Positions 1 through 11,873 are shown, numbered from the stretch's first letter. The stretch is DNA of 64,000 nucleotides from Octopus vulgaris (GCA_951406725.2 OX597822.1:117738001-117802000), one strand, 5' to 3'. A program made the numbers and translations. The notes: generated by a model not told the origin, from the letters alone.

Positions 1-120
1 AGAATAATCAGGAAAGTATTAGATAGCTGAAAAAAACGGATAGCATGGTACCGTAGGCTGCAGGTAGTATGCCCACTACTCCGAGAGCTCCAACAAAACC
101 TGTGATAAACAGAAATTATA
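1..120 (+). mobile_element. Probable 3' end of an RLE-type (R4/Dong-like) non-LTR retrotransposon running off the window edge
   Basis: Frame 1 reads RIIRKVLDS* (1-30), like the C-terminus HILRKILSM* of the RLE element at 22959; a short UTR-like stretch and a (GAA)n tract follow. Only 9 codons are visible. Confidence 0.4.
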
Positions 121-135
121 ATAATGTAATGATGT

Positions 136-207
136 GAAGAAGAAGAAGAAGAAGAAGAAGAAGAAGAAGAAGAAGAAGAAGAAGAAGAAGAAGAAGAGGA
201 GGAAGAA
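136..207. repeat. (GAA)n microsatellite
   Basis: Direct reading. Confidence 0.97.
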
Positions 208-1371
208 ATGTCATTCTATTATGTGTAATATAATGAAAAATTTTCAACCTGATATGTCGTAGTTGAGAATAAAGTTTTTTTGGGTATATTTTGTGTGATC
301 ATCGTCTCCATGCCAATATATTCTTTGTTATAAACTTATTGAAAGAAAAAAAAGAAAAGAATTTAACCTTAAAGATTAAATTCATGTGTATGAATGCATA
401 AGACGATATTGACTAAGAGCTGTAAGGTATGAAACGGGGTTTTGGAGCAAAGCTGGGATTCTAAATATAAATAAAAATATTTTAATTGAAATATGTAAAA
501 ACTAGAATTAAAAATATTAATTCAATTTTATATTGATTCAAACGTTGTTTATAGTTTTGATCATATATTTATAAATATACTTATACAATTATCACTATAT
601 ATATAAATACGTGTGTGTGTGTGTAAGTGTCTGTGTATGTGAGTGTGTGAGCGTGATTTTGTATGTGTCTAAGATAAAAACACAACTGTTTAAGAAAGCC
701 CCAAATATTAACTGATAATCGGCAGCGAATTTTCTGGTTTCAATTCATTGAAGAGTATATCCTGTAAGAAACTCGTTTTGCCATAGAGAGCTTCTAAAGT
801 GAAAACTTCATTAAATGCTTTGTATGAAGCCTAATTTATTTAGAAACGGTAAATGAAAAGATTCGACTTTCATCCTTTCCAAAAGCAAGTAAAAATTACA
901 GACTATGCTCATTTACAAATTAACTTTTTCGTAAGGAACCTTACTGAAAAATATTCCTAATTTTCAACAAAATGATGTTTTTCATTAATTATGTAGAGAT
1001 GAACGATTTTACTAGGTCCCTCCCTCTTTGACAAGGTGCAGAATTAAAATTTTCGAAAATGTCCATGTTCAAAATTTTATAGTGAATGAGAATAATCAAC
1101 CGAGCCTGTAATTACTAATTCTTATTATTTTCATTAGAGAAATGAAAAGTTAAATCTGACATCAACGGCATGCGAACTCAGAATGTATTGGAATAAAGCT
1201 GTCTTGCTATTATATCAGTGTATATTAATTTCTAGCATGAAAACAGGTTTACAATTCTTCTAGAAAGATATATGTAGAGGTTGGACAAAAGGCCACGAAA
1301 TCTGACTGCATAATACGATATATGGGCTTAATAAAGTGGTTCTAACTGTTACACCAACTGCATTTTTGTTT

Positions 1372-3063
1372 ACTCCCCGCTTTTGTACGTGATGGCCCTA
1401 GAGCCATTACTGCGAAAACTGAGCGGCATCCCGAGACAGCCGGGTAATGGAAAATCAGTGTCGGCGTACGCGGATGACATCACCATCATCGTAACCGAAA
1501 TGGACCACCTATGTAAAGTAGGCAAGGCCATAGAGGTTTACGAGACGGTGACAGGAGCAAAAGTTAATCGCGAAAAGTCAGTCGGCTTGCAACTCGGCAC
1601 CTGGAGAGGCAAGTCGATGCCTCCTGACAGCGTCGTGGGACGTTGGACGGAGGGTCCGATTAAACTGCTAGGGGTCTGGTTCGGTCCAGACCTCCAAATA
1701 GAGAAGAATTGGGGCGAGGTAACGAGCAAGGTGGCTGCAGTAGCCAAGACCTGGTCTTGGCGGTGGCTATCCTTGAAATGGAGGGCGGAGGTGGCCAATG
1801 TGTTTATCGCATCGGTTATCACCTACCGCCTTTCCGTCGTTCCTTGCCCCGATTCGTGGTTGACCAAGTTGGAAAGACAGCTCTTCTACTTCTTGTGGAA
1901 GGGTAGGAAACCACTTGTGAAACGCTCTACTTGCTGTCAACAACCGTTAAAGGGTGGGCTAGGGATGCCTTGGCTGATGATGCGCAGACATGCGCTGAGG
2001 TTAAGACATCTGTGGCTCTACCTGGATGGTGAAAGGGTGTGGTCTCCGTTAGCAAAACTGATGTTTCCCAAGTTCACTAGTTTCGGTGGACGGGAAACCT
2101 GGCTGAATCGTAGATCGAAACTCGGTACTTGGTACACGGAGTGTCGCAAGGCTCTCCTGCTATTCCTTCGCTCGGGCAACGCCTGCGGTGGGGGTTCCAC
2201 CACATTCTTCTATAGAGGGTTGGTAGAGGCGGAATGTGAAGATACCTTGGGGGAAACCCTAGGTCTCGACGATAATCAGCTGGCCAGTCTGTTCCGACGT
2301 ACGTTCAAGCCGAGGACACTGGACAACTTCCAGAAGTCTCTGGCATGGCAATGCTACAGAGGAGCTCTACCTGTTCGGGATAAACTCGCAAGGCACGGTG
2401 GCCGAGACAGTCCGATATGTTCAAGATGCGGGCGGGATAGGGAAACCGTCCCGCACGCTATTGTTCATTGTCCGGACGTGTCTGAGGTGTGGGTTTATGC
2501 CGAACAGCTGTTGTCAGGTACACGAAGAGTACAGCTGTCGACTGAGTCGATTACAAAAATTGACCCACCGGATTTCCTCGTGAATGAAGGTAAGTTTCGT
2601 TTTCTCGTTGTAGTAGCAATTGCGAAAGAGGTGATATGGAAGACGAGAGTGAAAGGTTTACAGGCAGGCAAGTTCATCTCTGGCCCTGGTTTGATGAATT
2701 ATTTCATCTTTCACCTGAAAAGGAAGATAGGGCTGGAGAGAATATGCCTGACTAGGAGAGTGTATGAAGAACGATGGAAAGATGTGGCACGGAAGTTGCG
2801 AGTGAAAGATACAACATAAATGGTAATACCAAGCGCAACCAAAAGTATCAGTGGGGAGGCGGGGCTCGTGGGGTCCGAACTAAACCCGCACCCACTCCAC
2901 CTGTAATGTCTTCCGGTCTGTTTCATCATTCGATTTTGTGTATATTCTTGTAATTTCATGTTATTTTTAAATCCGATTTTTTGTAAAAACCATCCGTATG
3001 TCTGACCCCACGTCAGATTGTATTGTCCCCTCTATGTTCGCCCCTTGTGGGTAGTAATAAAAT
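1372..3063 (+). mobile_element. 5'-truncated Tx1-clade LINE (family A, copy 1)
   Basis: Perfect 17-bp TSD CAACTGCATTTTTGTTT at 1355-1371 and 3064-3080; encodes RT C-half and CCHC finger; 3' end GTCCCCTCTATGTTCGCCCCTTGTGGGTAGTAATAAAAT. Confidence 0.93.
1374..2819 (+). CDS. Uninterrupted but 5'-truncated ORF2 (RT C-terminal half + zf-RVT) of Tx1 LINE copy 1
   Basis: SPLLYVMALEPLL, YADD, GAKVNREKS, KGGLGMP, CSRCG..ETVPHAIVHC; colinear with ORF2 at 6840-8291; no endonuclease domain or true start. Confidence 0.9.
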   Translation, partial: SPLLYVMALEPLLRKLSGIPRQPGNGKSVSAYADDITIIVTEMDHLCKVGKAIEVYETVTGAKVNREKSVGLQLGTWRGKSMPPDSVVGRWTEGPIKLLGVWFGPDLQIEKNWGEVTSKVAAVAKTWSWRWLSLKWRAEVANVFIASVITYRLSVVPCPDSWLTKLERQLFYFLWKGRKPLVKRSTCCQQPLKGGLGMPWLMMRRHALRLRHLWLYLDGERVWSPLAKLMFPKFTSFGGRETWLNRRSKLGTWYTECRKALLLFLRSGNACGGGSTTFFYRGLVEAECEDTLGETLGLDDNQLASLFRRTFKPRTLDNFQKSLAWQCYRGALPVRDKLARHGGRDSPICSRCGRDRETVPHAIVHCPDVSEVWVYAEQLLSGTRRVQLSTESITKIDPPDFLVNEGKFRFLVVVAIAKEVIWKTRVKGLQAGKFISGPGLMNYFIFHLKRKIGLERICLTRRVYEERWKDVARKLRVKDTT

Positions 3064-3115
3064 CAACTGCATTTTTGTTTTGTGAATTTGGCCTATGCTA
3101 TATATACAATTCAAT

Positions 3116-3181
3116 CAAGGCGGCGAGCTGCTGGCAGAAAGTTTAGCACGCCGGGCGAAATGCGTAACCGTATTTCGTCTG
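3116..3181 (+). mobile_element. SINE family A head (5' part of a SINE split by the Tx1 LINE)
   Basis: AAGGCGGCGAGCTG..GCAGAAAGTTTAGCACGCCGGGCGAAATGCGTAACCGTATTTCGTCTG matches the head of the intact copy at 60512; outer 17-bp TSD TATATATACAATTCAAT at 3099-3115 and 8729-8745. Confidence 0.92.
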
Positions 3182-3348
3182 TCGCACATGTGTTCGTGAA
3201 GTAAGAATTGCTGTTTCGTGGTGTTAATATTGTTAACAACTGTTGTTTCTTGTTAAACTGTTGAATAACTTAACTGTTGGAGTTTTCAATTGAAAACACT
3301 TAGTGCTTGTGGTAGCACGCGTTGTTCATTCCCCCTTTGGGGGGAAGA

Positions 3349-4874
3349 ATGTCGTCTAGCATGGAGCCTACCGTTGGAGCAGAAATACTTGTTTCTCCTG
3401 TTGAGAGGAGGAAATACATGTCCGGCGAGGAGCCAACTACAGACAAGGAAATAGGGGTTTCCCCCGCTACAAGAAGGAATAGCAGAGAGGATAATATATT
3501 TGATATTTTTGGAGATGTGTCTGAGAGCTCGTCAGAACTTTCACCAGAAGAGTTTCCGACTTTGCCAGAGAACAAAGGCATTGTGTCGAAGAGAATAATT
3601 GATGTGCCTAGCATCCAGATAGAACCAAAAAATGGAAAAAAAAGTTTTGCGTTGGCTGCTGGGGGTGGAACCCAGATACTGTCGACGAATAAAAGCGAAA
3701 TTATGAAATACAGCAAAATGATGGAAATAACTGACAAAGGTGTGAAAATTGAACCTCCGCAAAAGTTATTACAGGAAGAAAAGCAAAAAACAATAATTTT
3801 CAAAACATATTGTCTACAAAAAAAAAATTGAAAGAATGTCAGAAGAGAAAATAGAAAAGTGCTTAAAGCCAATATTGGGCGACGTAGTATTTCTGAGAAG
3901 AGGAAAAAAATTCGGAACGGTGGAAGTAAGGTTCACCAATAAAGAAATAGCACACAAGAACTCAGTTGAAACGTTGAAAACGAACGACGTGGAGTTAATA
4001 CCCTATTATATGGGGATGAGGACGTCGCGAATAAAAATTACAAGGGTCCCGCCAGAGGTCGAACCTATGTGGTTGTTGGCGGCAGTCCTAATCAAAGAGG
4101 TAGAAAAAATTACTCTCCTCCAGGCTACCGCTACGGAAAACCCACGCTGGGATGGTCAAACAATTAATCTTCTCATTCAAGCGGACCCTAAAATAATTCA
4201 AACAATTCCTGAGACAATTGAGGTAGGGGAGGAGAACCTCGTGGTGTTTGTTGAGGGCCGAAAACCTCGATGATTTTATGTGGTCAATTAGGCTACATTC
4301 GAGGGAACTGCAAGGAAAATGAAGAAGAGGAGGAAGAGGAGAAAAAAGACAAAGAGGAAGAAGATAAAGAAGAAACAGATGAGAAAAAACAACAAACAAA
4401 AGAAAAATACAACCAGCAACCCAGCCGAGAGCGGCGACTACTACAGAACAACGACCAAAAAAGACTGCCAGAAGAAAAAAAGAAGAAAAAGGCATAATAG
4501 CCGTATACACTAAAGATACTGAGCTCATGAGAGACATTCAACTCATAAAGACTGTAAAAAAAATTGATAACCTTTCAGAGGAATTTATCAATTACGACAT
4601 ATATGAAGTCTCAAATAAGACTTATAGAATTCTACAAAATAAGTACAGAAAGACTGTATCTTCATTGAGATTAGATTTTAACAAGTCGATATTTCATGGA
4701 TTACCAGCTCCGATCCCGCGAGAAAAGGAAAAGGTGGAGGTTCCCCCTCCACCTGATAATTCTGTGTCGGTGGTGAGACGGGATTTTGACAAATCTATTT
4801 CCCAAGACCGTCCACCTCCGACCCTGGATCAAAAAAAGGTGGAGGGTCCCCCTCCACCGGACAATCCTAATTAA
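3349..4874 (+). pseudogene. Disrupted ORF1 (gag-like; degenerate CCHC knuckle) of the Tx1 LINE
   Basis: Pieces 3349-3831, 3836-4273, 4270-4497 and 4527-4874 are broken by frameshifts/stops; RIKITRVPPEV..., VFVEGRKPR*..CGQLGYIRGNC is a typical L1/Tx1 ORF1 zinc-knuckle context. Confidence 0.75.
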
Positions 4875-4885
4875 ACAGGTAAGTG

Positions 4886-7800
4886 ATGGCTATTCACATT
4901 GGTTGTTTAAATGTTCATGGCCTGTTGTCAAGCTGGAAGCAAGGACGCTTTCTGAATGACATCAGGTCGAGAAATTTGGATGTAATTGTTGCAACAGAAA
5001 CCCGGGTGAAGGGGCCAAGAGATCTGCTCCCCCTCCTGAACGGCTACGAGAAATAAGTTTCTCCGAGTCGAGCGGAAGGTGGGGGTGGGGTGTTGGACCT
5101 ACTAAAAAGAAACCGGGTAGCCGAGAAAAAGTTGGTTTTTTCTGACCCAGAAGGCAGGCTGGTCGTTCTCGACTTGACATTCAGTTGTGGCAAGACAATC
5201 AGGTTGGTCGCTATTTACGCACCAAACATTATTGGCCCGCAAACTGAATATTTTCGTGGCCTAGGAAAGTTCCTAGCCACGTCGCATTCACTAGTAGTGT
5301 TAGGAGACTCTAATACAATATGTGCAGCGCACACAGATTGTGTTGGCTCAAACTCGAACATGAACAGAAAATGTAACCCAGGCTTTCGGGATCTGCTAAG
5401 TCAATTTCAGCTAGCAGATCCATATAGGTTGGAGCACCCGAACACTCCACAGTGGACGTGGTCAAATAGTGACGGGTCTACCAGAACATATCTAGATAGG
5501 ATTTTAATTAGAGAAAAAGATAAGTCCATAGTTGAGTGTCCACAGTTTTTTCTAGTCAGCTACAGTGACCACAAGATGGTTACCTGTAAACTGACGGTAG
5601 ATAAGTTGCATAGACAGGGATCTGGCTACTGGAAACTCAATACGTCTCTTTTGGCGATTGAGGAGTACAGAAAGCGGATCAAGATGTTAATACAGAGGGC
5701 ATTAACAGGTACCATCATTAATAACAAATGGTGGTACGCCCTAAAAAGAGCCATCAAATATGAGTCTATTAGGTTTAGCATAAGTTTAGCTAAGAAGGGA
5801 CATAAAATAGGAGATGGTCTAGTTAAGGAACTAGAAGAAGCCTGGAGGACTGGTAATACAGACCAAGCGAGGGTGAAAAGACTGGAGTTAAACCAGCATC
5901 TTGAAGCCCACCACATGGGAAGTATTACCAGAGCTAAGTTACGTGCAATGGGAAGTGAAGGAATCAAAGCCGCTGGATGGGCCCGAGTGGTGGAAGCTCG
6001 GCAAGGAAATAGTTCCTCTATTCGGTCTTTGACGAATCAAAATGGTGTCTTGATAAACGAACCCGAGAAAATGTGTGAGGTCTTTCGGGAGTACTTCACC
6101 CAGCTGTTCGGGGGTGACGGCGGTCCTGGTGGTGGGAGAGCCCTCGAGGACTTTCTTACCGGGCTGCCGTGCCTCTCGGGGTCGGATGCGGAGTCTTGCG
6201 AAGGGCCAATCACACCTGAGGAGGTGATAGAGGCTTTGGCCGATTGTAAAGCGGGTAAGTCACCGGGACTTGATGGTCTTCCGTACGAGCTGTATAAATG
6301 TATGCCAGACTTGTTCGGGCAACTACTGACTGACGTGTACGCGAACTGGAAACAGAATGGGTTTATCCCCAGATCTGTGCGCCGGGGAGTAGTGACGTTG
6401 GTCAGAAAGGACCCGGACAAGGGGGACGTTCTAGAGAATTTCAGGCCCATCACTCTGTTAAACGCAGAAGTGAAGATTTTGGCCAAGGTTCTAGCAAAAA
6501 GGTTGGCGCGTGTCGCGAATGGTATAGTCGGGGAGGCACAGACATGTGCCATCCCAGGCAGAACCATTCAGGATACCCTCCATCTTATTCGCTATACCAT
6601 AGAGAGGTTTGGTAATAAATCTGGCAAAGGTGGGGCATTGGTGCATTTGGACCAGTCTAAAGCTTTTGATAGGGTTGACCATCGATACCTAGCGACTGTA
6701 CTTGCGCGGTTTGGCCTGGGCCTTGGCTTCCTCAGGTGGTTTATCGCTTTGTACCACAACATTGACTCGATAGTTCGGGTGAACGGTTTCCTTTCGAAGC
6801 CGTTCTGCATCAGACGCTCGGTTCGTCAAGGATGTCCGCTTTCACCACTTTTGTATGTGATGGCTCTCGAGCCATTACTGCAAAGGTTGAGTGGCATCCC
6901 GAGAGAACCAGGACTAGAGGAGTTTGTTACGGCTTTCGCGGATGATATCACTATCAGTGTAACCACAGTGGCACGCCTACGTGAAGTAGGTAAGACTATT
7001 GAGGCTTACGAGGAGGTAGCAGGAGCAAAGATTAACCGGGAAAAGTCGGTCGGCTTGCAGCTCGGCACCTGGGTTGGCAAGTCGATGCCTTCAGACAGTG
7101 TTGTTAGGCGCTGGACGGAGGGACCGGTTAAGTTGCTGGGAGTCTGGTTTGGACCAGGCCTCCAGATAGAGAAGAACTGGACGGAGGTATTGAGCAGGGT
7201 GGCTGCAGTAGTCAAGACCTGGTCTTGGCGGTGGCTATCCCTGAAAGGGAGGGCGGAAGTGGCCAATGTGTTTATCGCATCGGTCATTACCTACCGCCTG
7301 ACCGTCGTGCCCTGTCCGGATTCGTGGTTGATCAGGTTGGAGAGACAGCTCTTTCGCTTTTTGTGGAAGGGCAGGTCGCCACTTGTGAAACGCTCTGTCT
7401 GCTGTCAAAAGCCTTTAAATGGAGGTTTAGGGATGCCTTGGTTAATGATGCGCAGACATGCGTTGAGGTTGAGGCACCTCTGGATTCTCCTGGATAGTGA
7501 ACGGGTGTGGTCTCCGCTGGCCAGACAAATGTTCCCTGAGTTCAAGAGTTTTTGCGAATAGGAAGCCTGGTGTTCTCGTAGACCGAGGTCGAGTGAGTGG
7601 CATAAAGAGTGCCGTAAGGCCCTCTTGCTGTTCCGGCGCTCGGGCAACGCCAGCGGTGGGGGTTCCACACGGATTTTATATAGTGGGTTGGTAGAGTCTG
7701 AATGCGACGATGGCCTGGGGTCGACTCTAGGTCTCGGATTTATTCAACTGGACAGCTTGTTTCATCGTACATTCGGGTTGAGAACGTTGGACAACTTCCA

Positions 7801-8291
7801 AAAGTCCTTAACCTGGCAATGCTACAGAGGTGCCTTGCCCGTTTGGGATAAGCTCGCAAGACATGGTAAACGTCAGTCGCCGACCTGTCCAAGATGCGGG
7901 GGGGGGGGACAGGGAAACCGTCCCTCACGCTATTGTTCAGTGTCCGGAGATAACTGAAATGTGGGCTTATGCTGAACATCTGTTGTCCGGCGAAGGAAGA
8001 GTACGGCTGTCGACTGAGTCAATTATAAAAATTGACCCACCGGGAGTTCTAACGAACGAAGGTAAGAATTGTTTTCTCACGGTTGTAGCAATAGCAAAAG
8101 AGGCTGTATGGAAGACTGGGATAAAAGGAATTAAGTCAGGCAACTTTATCTCTGGTCACAATTTACGATCCTTTTTTTCTTTTCATTTGAAAAGGAAACT
8201 GTGGCTGGAGACGAGGTGTCTGTCAGAGTGTACGTTCCAAAAGAGATGGAAGTATGTTGCACGAGTGTTGTGCGTGCAAGGAACCGTGTGA
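4886..8291 (+). pseudogene. Disrupted ORF2 (APE endonuclease + reverse transcriptase + zf-RVT) of the Tx1 LINE
   Basis: ATG 4886 MAIHIGCLNVHGL..ATETR; AIYAPN, LGDSN, TWSN, YLDRIL, SDH; KSPGLDGL, FRPITLLN, LDQSKAFDRVDH, RQGCPLSP, FADD; in-frame stops TAA 5054-5056 and TAG 7559-7561, frameshift in the G-run near 7900. Confidence 0.95.
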
Positions 8292-8542
8292 ATAGACGAG
8301 GAAGAGAAAAAAAAAAAAGGAAAAATAAAAAGGTATCAGCGGTAGATCGGGGCTTGTGGGATCGGAGCGTAACTTGATCATCGCTTCATTTGTTTTGTTT
8401 TTGTACTGTGTATTCCATTCGATTTTTATGTATTGTATTTTATTTTTGATGTCACATTTATGTAAAATCATATCGATTCACTGATCCCATCAGTTGTACT
8501 GTCCATATCTATGTTTGGCCCCCGGTGGGCAATAAAGAAATT

Positions 8543-8728
8543 CGTATTTCGTCTGCCGTTATGTTCTGGGTTCAAATTCCGCCGAGGTCAACTTTGCCTT
8601 TCATCCTTTCGGGGTCGATAAACTAAGTACCAGTTAAGCACTGGGGTCGATGTAATCGACTTAATCCGTTTGTCTGTCATTGATTGTTCCCTCTGTGTAT
8701 AGCCCGTTGTAGGTAGTAAAGAAATGTA
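8543..8728 (+). mobile_element. SINE family A body + Tx1-type tail (3' part of the split SINE)
   Basis: Resumes exactly after the TSD; B-box-like GGGTTCAAATTCC; core ACTTTGCCTTTCATCCTTTCGGGGTCGATAAACTAAGTACC (resembles the Meta/MESC SINE domain, from memory); tail AGCCCGTTGTAGGTAGTAAAGAAAT. Confidence 0.92.
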
Positions 8729-9198
8729 TATATATACAATTCAATTGATTAAAGTAAATATATGATAATAATTTTATGAACGCCAGCAGAGCAGAATTTG
8801 AAAGTTTTACACGTACCAGTAAATAATGCTGGGCATTTAGTAGGGAAAAGTGCACAGTGTGACTAATTTAGAGATTAGGCATAATGGATTACATTGTATC
8901 CAGTACTTGCAGGGTACTTATTTTAGCAAGAAAAATGAAGTCGACATATATAGCATTTGAACTGAAGGCGTGAACACAGCCACACTCTCAGTTACACCAA
9001 TCAATCGCCTTAAAATATGGTCCTTTAGCATTCACACACGACCACGTATTTTCGAGGCTTATTAGTTGATTAAATCGATATCAATATTTTGTTTCGGTAA
9101 GTCCGGAAAAAAAGAAAAATCTCCGCAGATATTTTAAGAAAATAACTGGTAATACAAAATACCTCATAGCACACTTTGCAGCTCTGTCTATGCTACCT

Positions 9199-9563
9199 GG
9201 AAGCACTCCGTCGGTTACGGCGACGAGGGTTCCAGTTGATCCGAATCGATGGAACAGCCTGCTCGTGAAATTAACGTGTAAGTGGCTGAGCACTCCACAG
9301 ACATGTGTACCCTTAACGTAGTTCTCGGGGATATTCAGCGTGACACAGAGAGTGACAAGGCCGGCCCTTTGAAATACAGGTACAACAGAAACAGGAAGTA
9401 AGAGTGAGAGAAAGTTGTGGTGAAAGAGTACAGCAGGGATCACCACCATCCCCTGACGGAGCCTCGTGGAGCTTTTAGGTGTTTTCGCTCAATAAACACT
9501 CACAACGCCCGGTCTGGGAATCGAAACCGCGATCCTATGACCGCGAGCCCGCTGCCCTAACCA
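9199..9563 (-). mobile_element. tRNA-derived SINE (family D)
   Basis: Minus-strand head AGTGGTTAGGGCAGCGGGCTCGCGGTCATAGGATCGCGGTTTCGATTCCCAGACC with A/B-box-like motifs; 11-bp TSD CTATGCTACCT at 9188-9198 and 9564-9574. Confidence 0.85.
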
Positions 9564-9753
9564 CTATGCTACCTAACCACTGAAAACATACCTATTCTGA
9601 TGGTGGACTTCAAAATATGTTGCTAGCGTAAATATTCTTGCTTGAAGATGGTAGATTACATTTTTGTGAATCCAATATATAGAGAACCGAAACTATTTTA
9701 CTTTTGTAATGAACAATAAACGATCACTGTGTTACTCATTGATGTGGACTTTA

Positions 9754-9812
9754 CATCTTATGGCCTGCCCAATCATCTTATGGCCTGCCCAATCATCTTA
9801 TGGCCTGCCCAA
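9754..9812. repeat. 20-bp tandem repeat x3 (CATCTTATGGCCTGCCCAAT)
   Basis: Direct reading. Confidence 0.95.
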
Positions 9813-10284
9813 AATTACAATTTTCTTTCTATTAAAGAGTGCAACAGAAAAACGCTTCATATTTTACACGGCCATTGATATGCAAGTAATAAAGTACGGT
9901 GTCTTCAATGGCAATGGTGTCTTTATGTGGTTAATCTTGTATTTTATAATTATTTGATATGTGATGGTGGTGGTGGTGGTGGGGGGCTGAAACATCATCA
10001 TTGTTTGGTCTATTGAATGCCGTGCGTTTAAGGTAAAATGAGGGAGGTATCTAACTCCACTCTGGAGAACTTCAAATGTCACGGGAAAAACAATAACATT
10101 TAGTTATAATGCAATATTTAATGTCTATTAGTCATCTGAATAAATCACGTGGTGCAGTGAAAATTTAATTGAAGTTTCTGTGTGTCAGCATATTAATTTC
10201 AACGGGAATTGTTAAATTTCTTCCAGTTGAAACTTTCGTTATCTGTATCATTTAAGGTGAATAAAAGATAAGATAAATTCAGTT

Positions 10285-10364
<80 letters not shown>

Positions 10365-10370
10365 TTTTTC

Positions 10371-10502
10371 CCGATCCCTTTTGATTAAAACTTTACATTT
10401 TTTCCCCTTTTTTTTCTTTTTCCTTTTCCATCTTCGAAAAGAAAAGCTCTACATTTGTATTTGGACCCTCTGTGTCCAGCCCTGTGTGGCCAATAAAGAA
10501 AG
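10371..10502 (+). mobile_element. 3'UTR-only fragment of Tx1 family B inserted in an (ATCT)n microsatellite
   Basis: Matches 18880-19017 (AAAAGAAAAGCTCTAC...CAGCCCTGTGTGGCCAATAAAGAAA); flanked on both sides by TTATCT(ATCT)nATTTTTT(T)C. Confidence 0.85.
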
Positions 10503-10538
<36 letters not shown>

Positions 10539-11873
10539 TTTTTTCAGTTATAGCAGCAATACATTTCTGGTTTTTAGAAATAGTTCAACGAGATTCCCTG
10601 AACTGTGTTTTCTCCAACTTTAAGTAATAACCTGCAACCAAAGATGAGTTTTGCGTTACCTCATCATAGCATATTGAATTACAACTATCATGCAAACGTG
10701 GAGTGTCCGAGGACTTTGTGATTTCTCCTTCATTCTTTTTCCCTTCTAATAATTCCACATTACTTATTGTCACTTTTAACAAAAAAACAATTTCGTAAGG
10801 AATGAACACATGCAGCGATCCCCGCAACACAGAATCGCCTTCTCCAACCTGACATTGTCCCCACAACTTCAATGCTGAGACTTCGTAAACTTCTCACAAG
10901 AAGACTTGACAATCTAGTTCCATTCATCAATATCTAAATACAAACACTACCCATCTCAAGAGAGCTAGCCACAACACTGCATCATTAATGCTCATTTTAA
11001 ATACACAAAGCTATCACATTCAATAAAACTGATTGATGAAAAGCTGGAAATGGTTTTCTGTCACGAACATCAGTTAACTGTATAAAAACTGAAACACTAC
11101 TCTCGAGTGTAGGACGGAAGCATGTTCTGGGCGCTGTCTGAATGTATGGCTGAATGTGTGATAGACAACATTTAAGCAATAACAATGATCTGCACATTTT
11201 AATCTTGTGTCTTGCGGTGTTCTTTATAAGTTCCTTTCATCAAATTGACACTAATGTATTTTATTGACTCTATAAAAATCTCAGCTGAATTCTCTCAAAA
11301 CAACCACCTCTTCTTCTTCTTCTTCTTCTTCTTCTTCTTCTTCTCAATTACTTCAATTACATTAAACCTTTCATCACTCCAGATACATTCTACAGCACAT
11401 TTATATTCGCCTTTTCTTAACATAGACTACTCTCCGGGAGTTTAATTTGAGTCTCACGGTTATTACCATACATGCACGAATACTCTCTGTTCATTTTAGT
11501 CTAATTGTTAATATAAGTTTTAATTGTTGATTGAACAGACATTGAAGATAGTACCTTTATAGAAATAGTAAATTTTCTTGAAAATAAATTACCTTAATGG
11601 TAATGGCAATACATACAACTTATCTCCAATGTAAATGGTTTCAAAAATATACTGTTTACGGATTCCTTGCAGCTTAAACCAATTTAGCTTCTAACAACTT
11701 TTCTTTGCTCGCAAATGTGTCATCGTTATGAGTAAAGCATGTTGATATGATTAAAACATTCGACACTTATTAATGATAAAATGTGTATAATATATATCTT
11801 ACACTAGGTGTGAGCACGTGGACAGAGTACATAGGAAATGAATTTCTCTTTTTTTAATATTCTTTTCATTATA

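Larger units (their letters stand above)
3182..8542 (+). mobile_element. Near-full-length Tx1-clade LINE (family A, copy 2) nested in a SINE
   Basis: 13-bp TSD CGTATTTCGTCTG at 3169-3181 and 8543-8555; 5'UTR, ORF1, ORF2 (APE-RT-zf) and 3'UTR ending GGTGGGCAATAAAGAAATT. Confidence 0.95.

Noticed and set aside
1355-1371. Tx1 copy 1 target (CAACTGCATTTTTGTTT) as another instance of the SINE target site
   Set aside because: Only loose similarity (GCATTTTTGT vs GTATTTCGT) and a different junction register; counted as an off-target insertion.
1538-7979. Antisense and alternate-frame ORFs over the Tx1 elements
   Set aside because: Shadows of the GC-richer ORF2; the similar antisense peptides at 1538 and 7006 only reflect homology of the two LINE copies.
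8971-8980. TGAACACAGC resembles the miR-317 5' end
   Set aside because: No hairpin; lies at the edge of a decayed SINE-like stretch.
9754-9812. Short direct repeats as a possible CRISPR array (also 48902-48960)
   Set aside because: No spacers, no cas genes, eukaryotic context.
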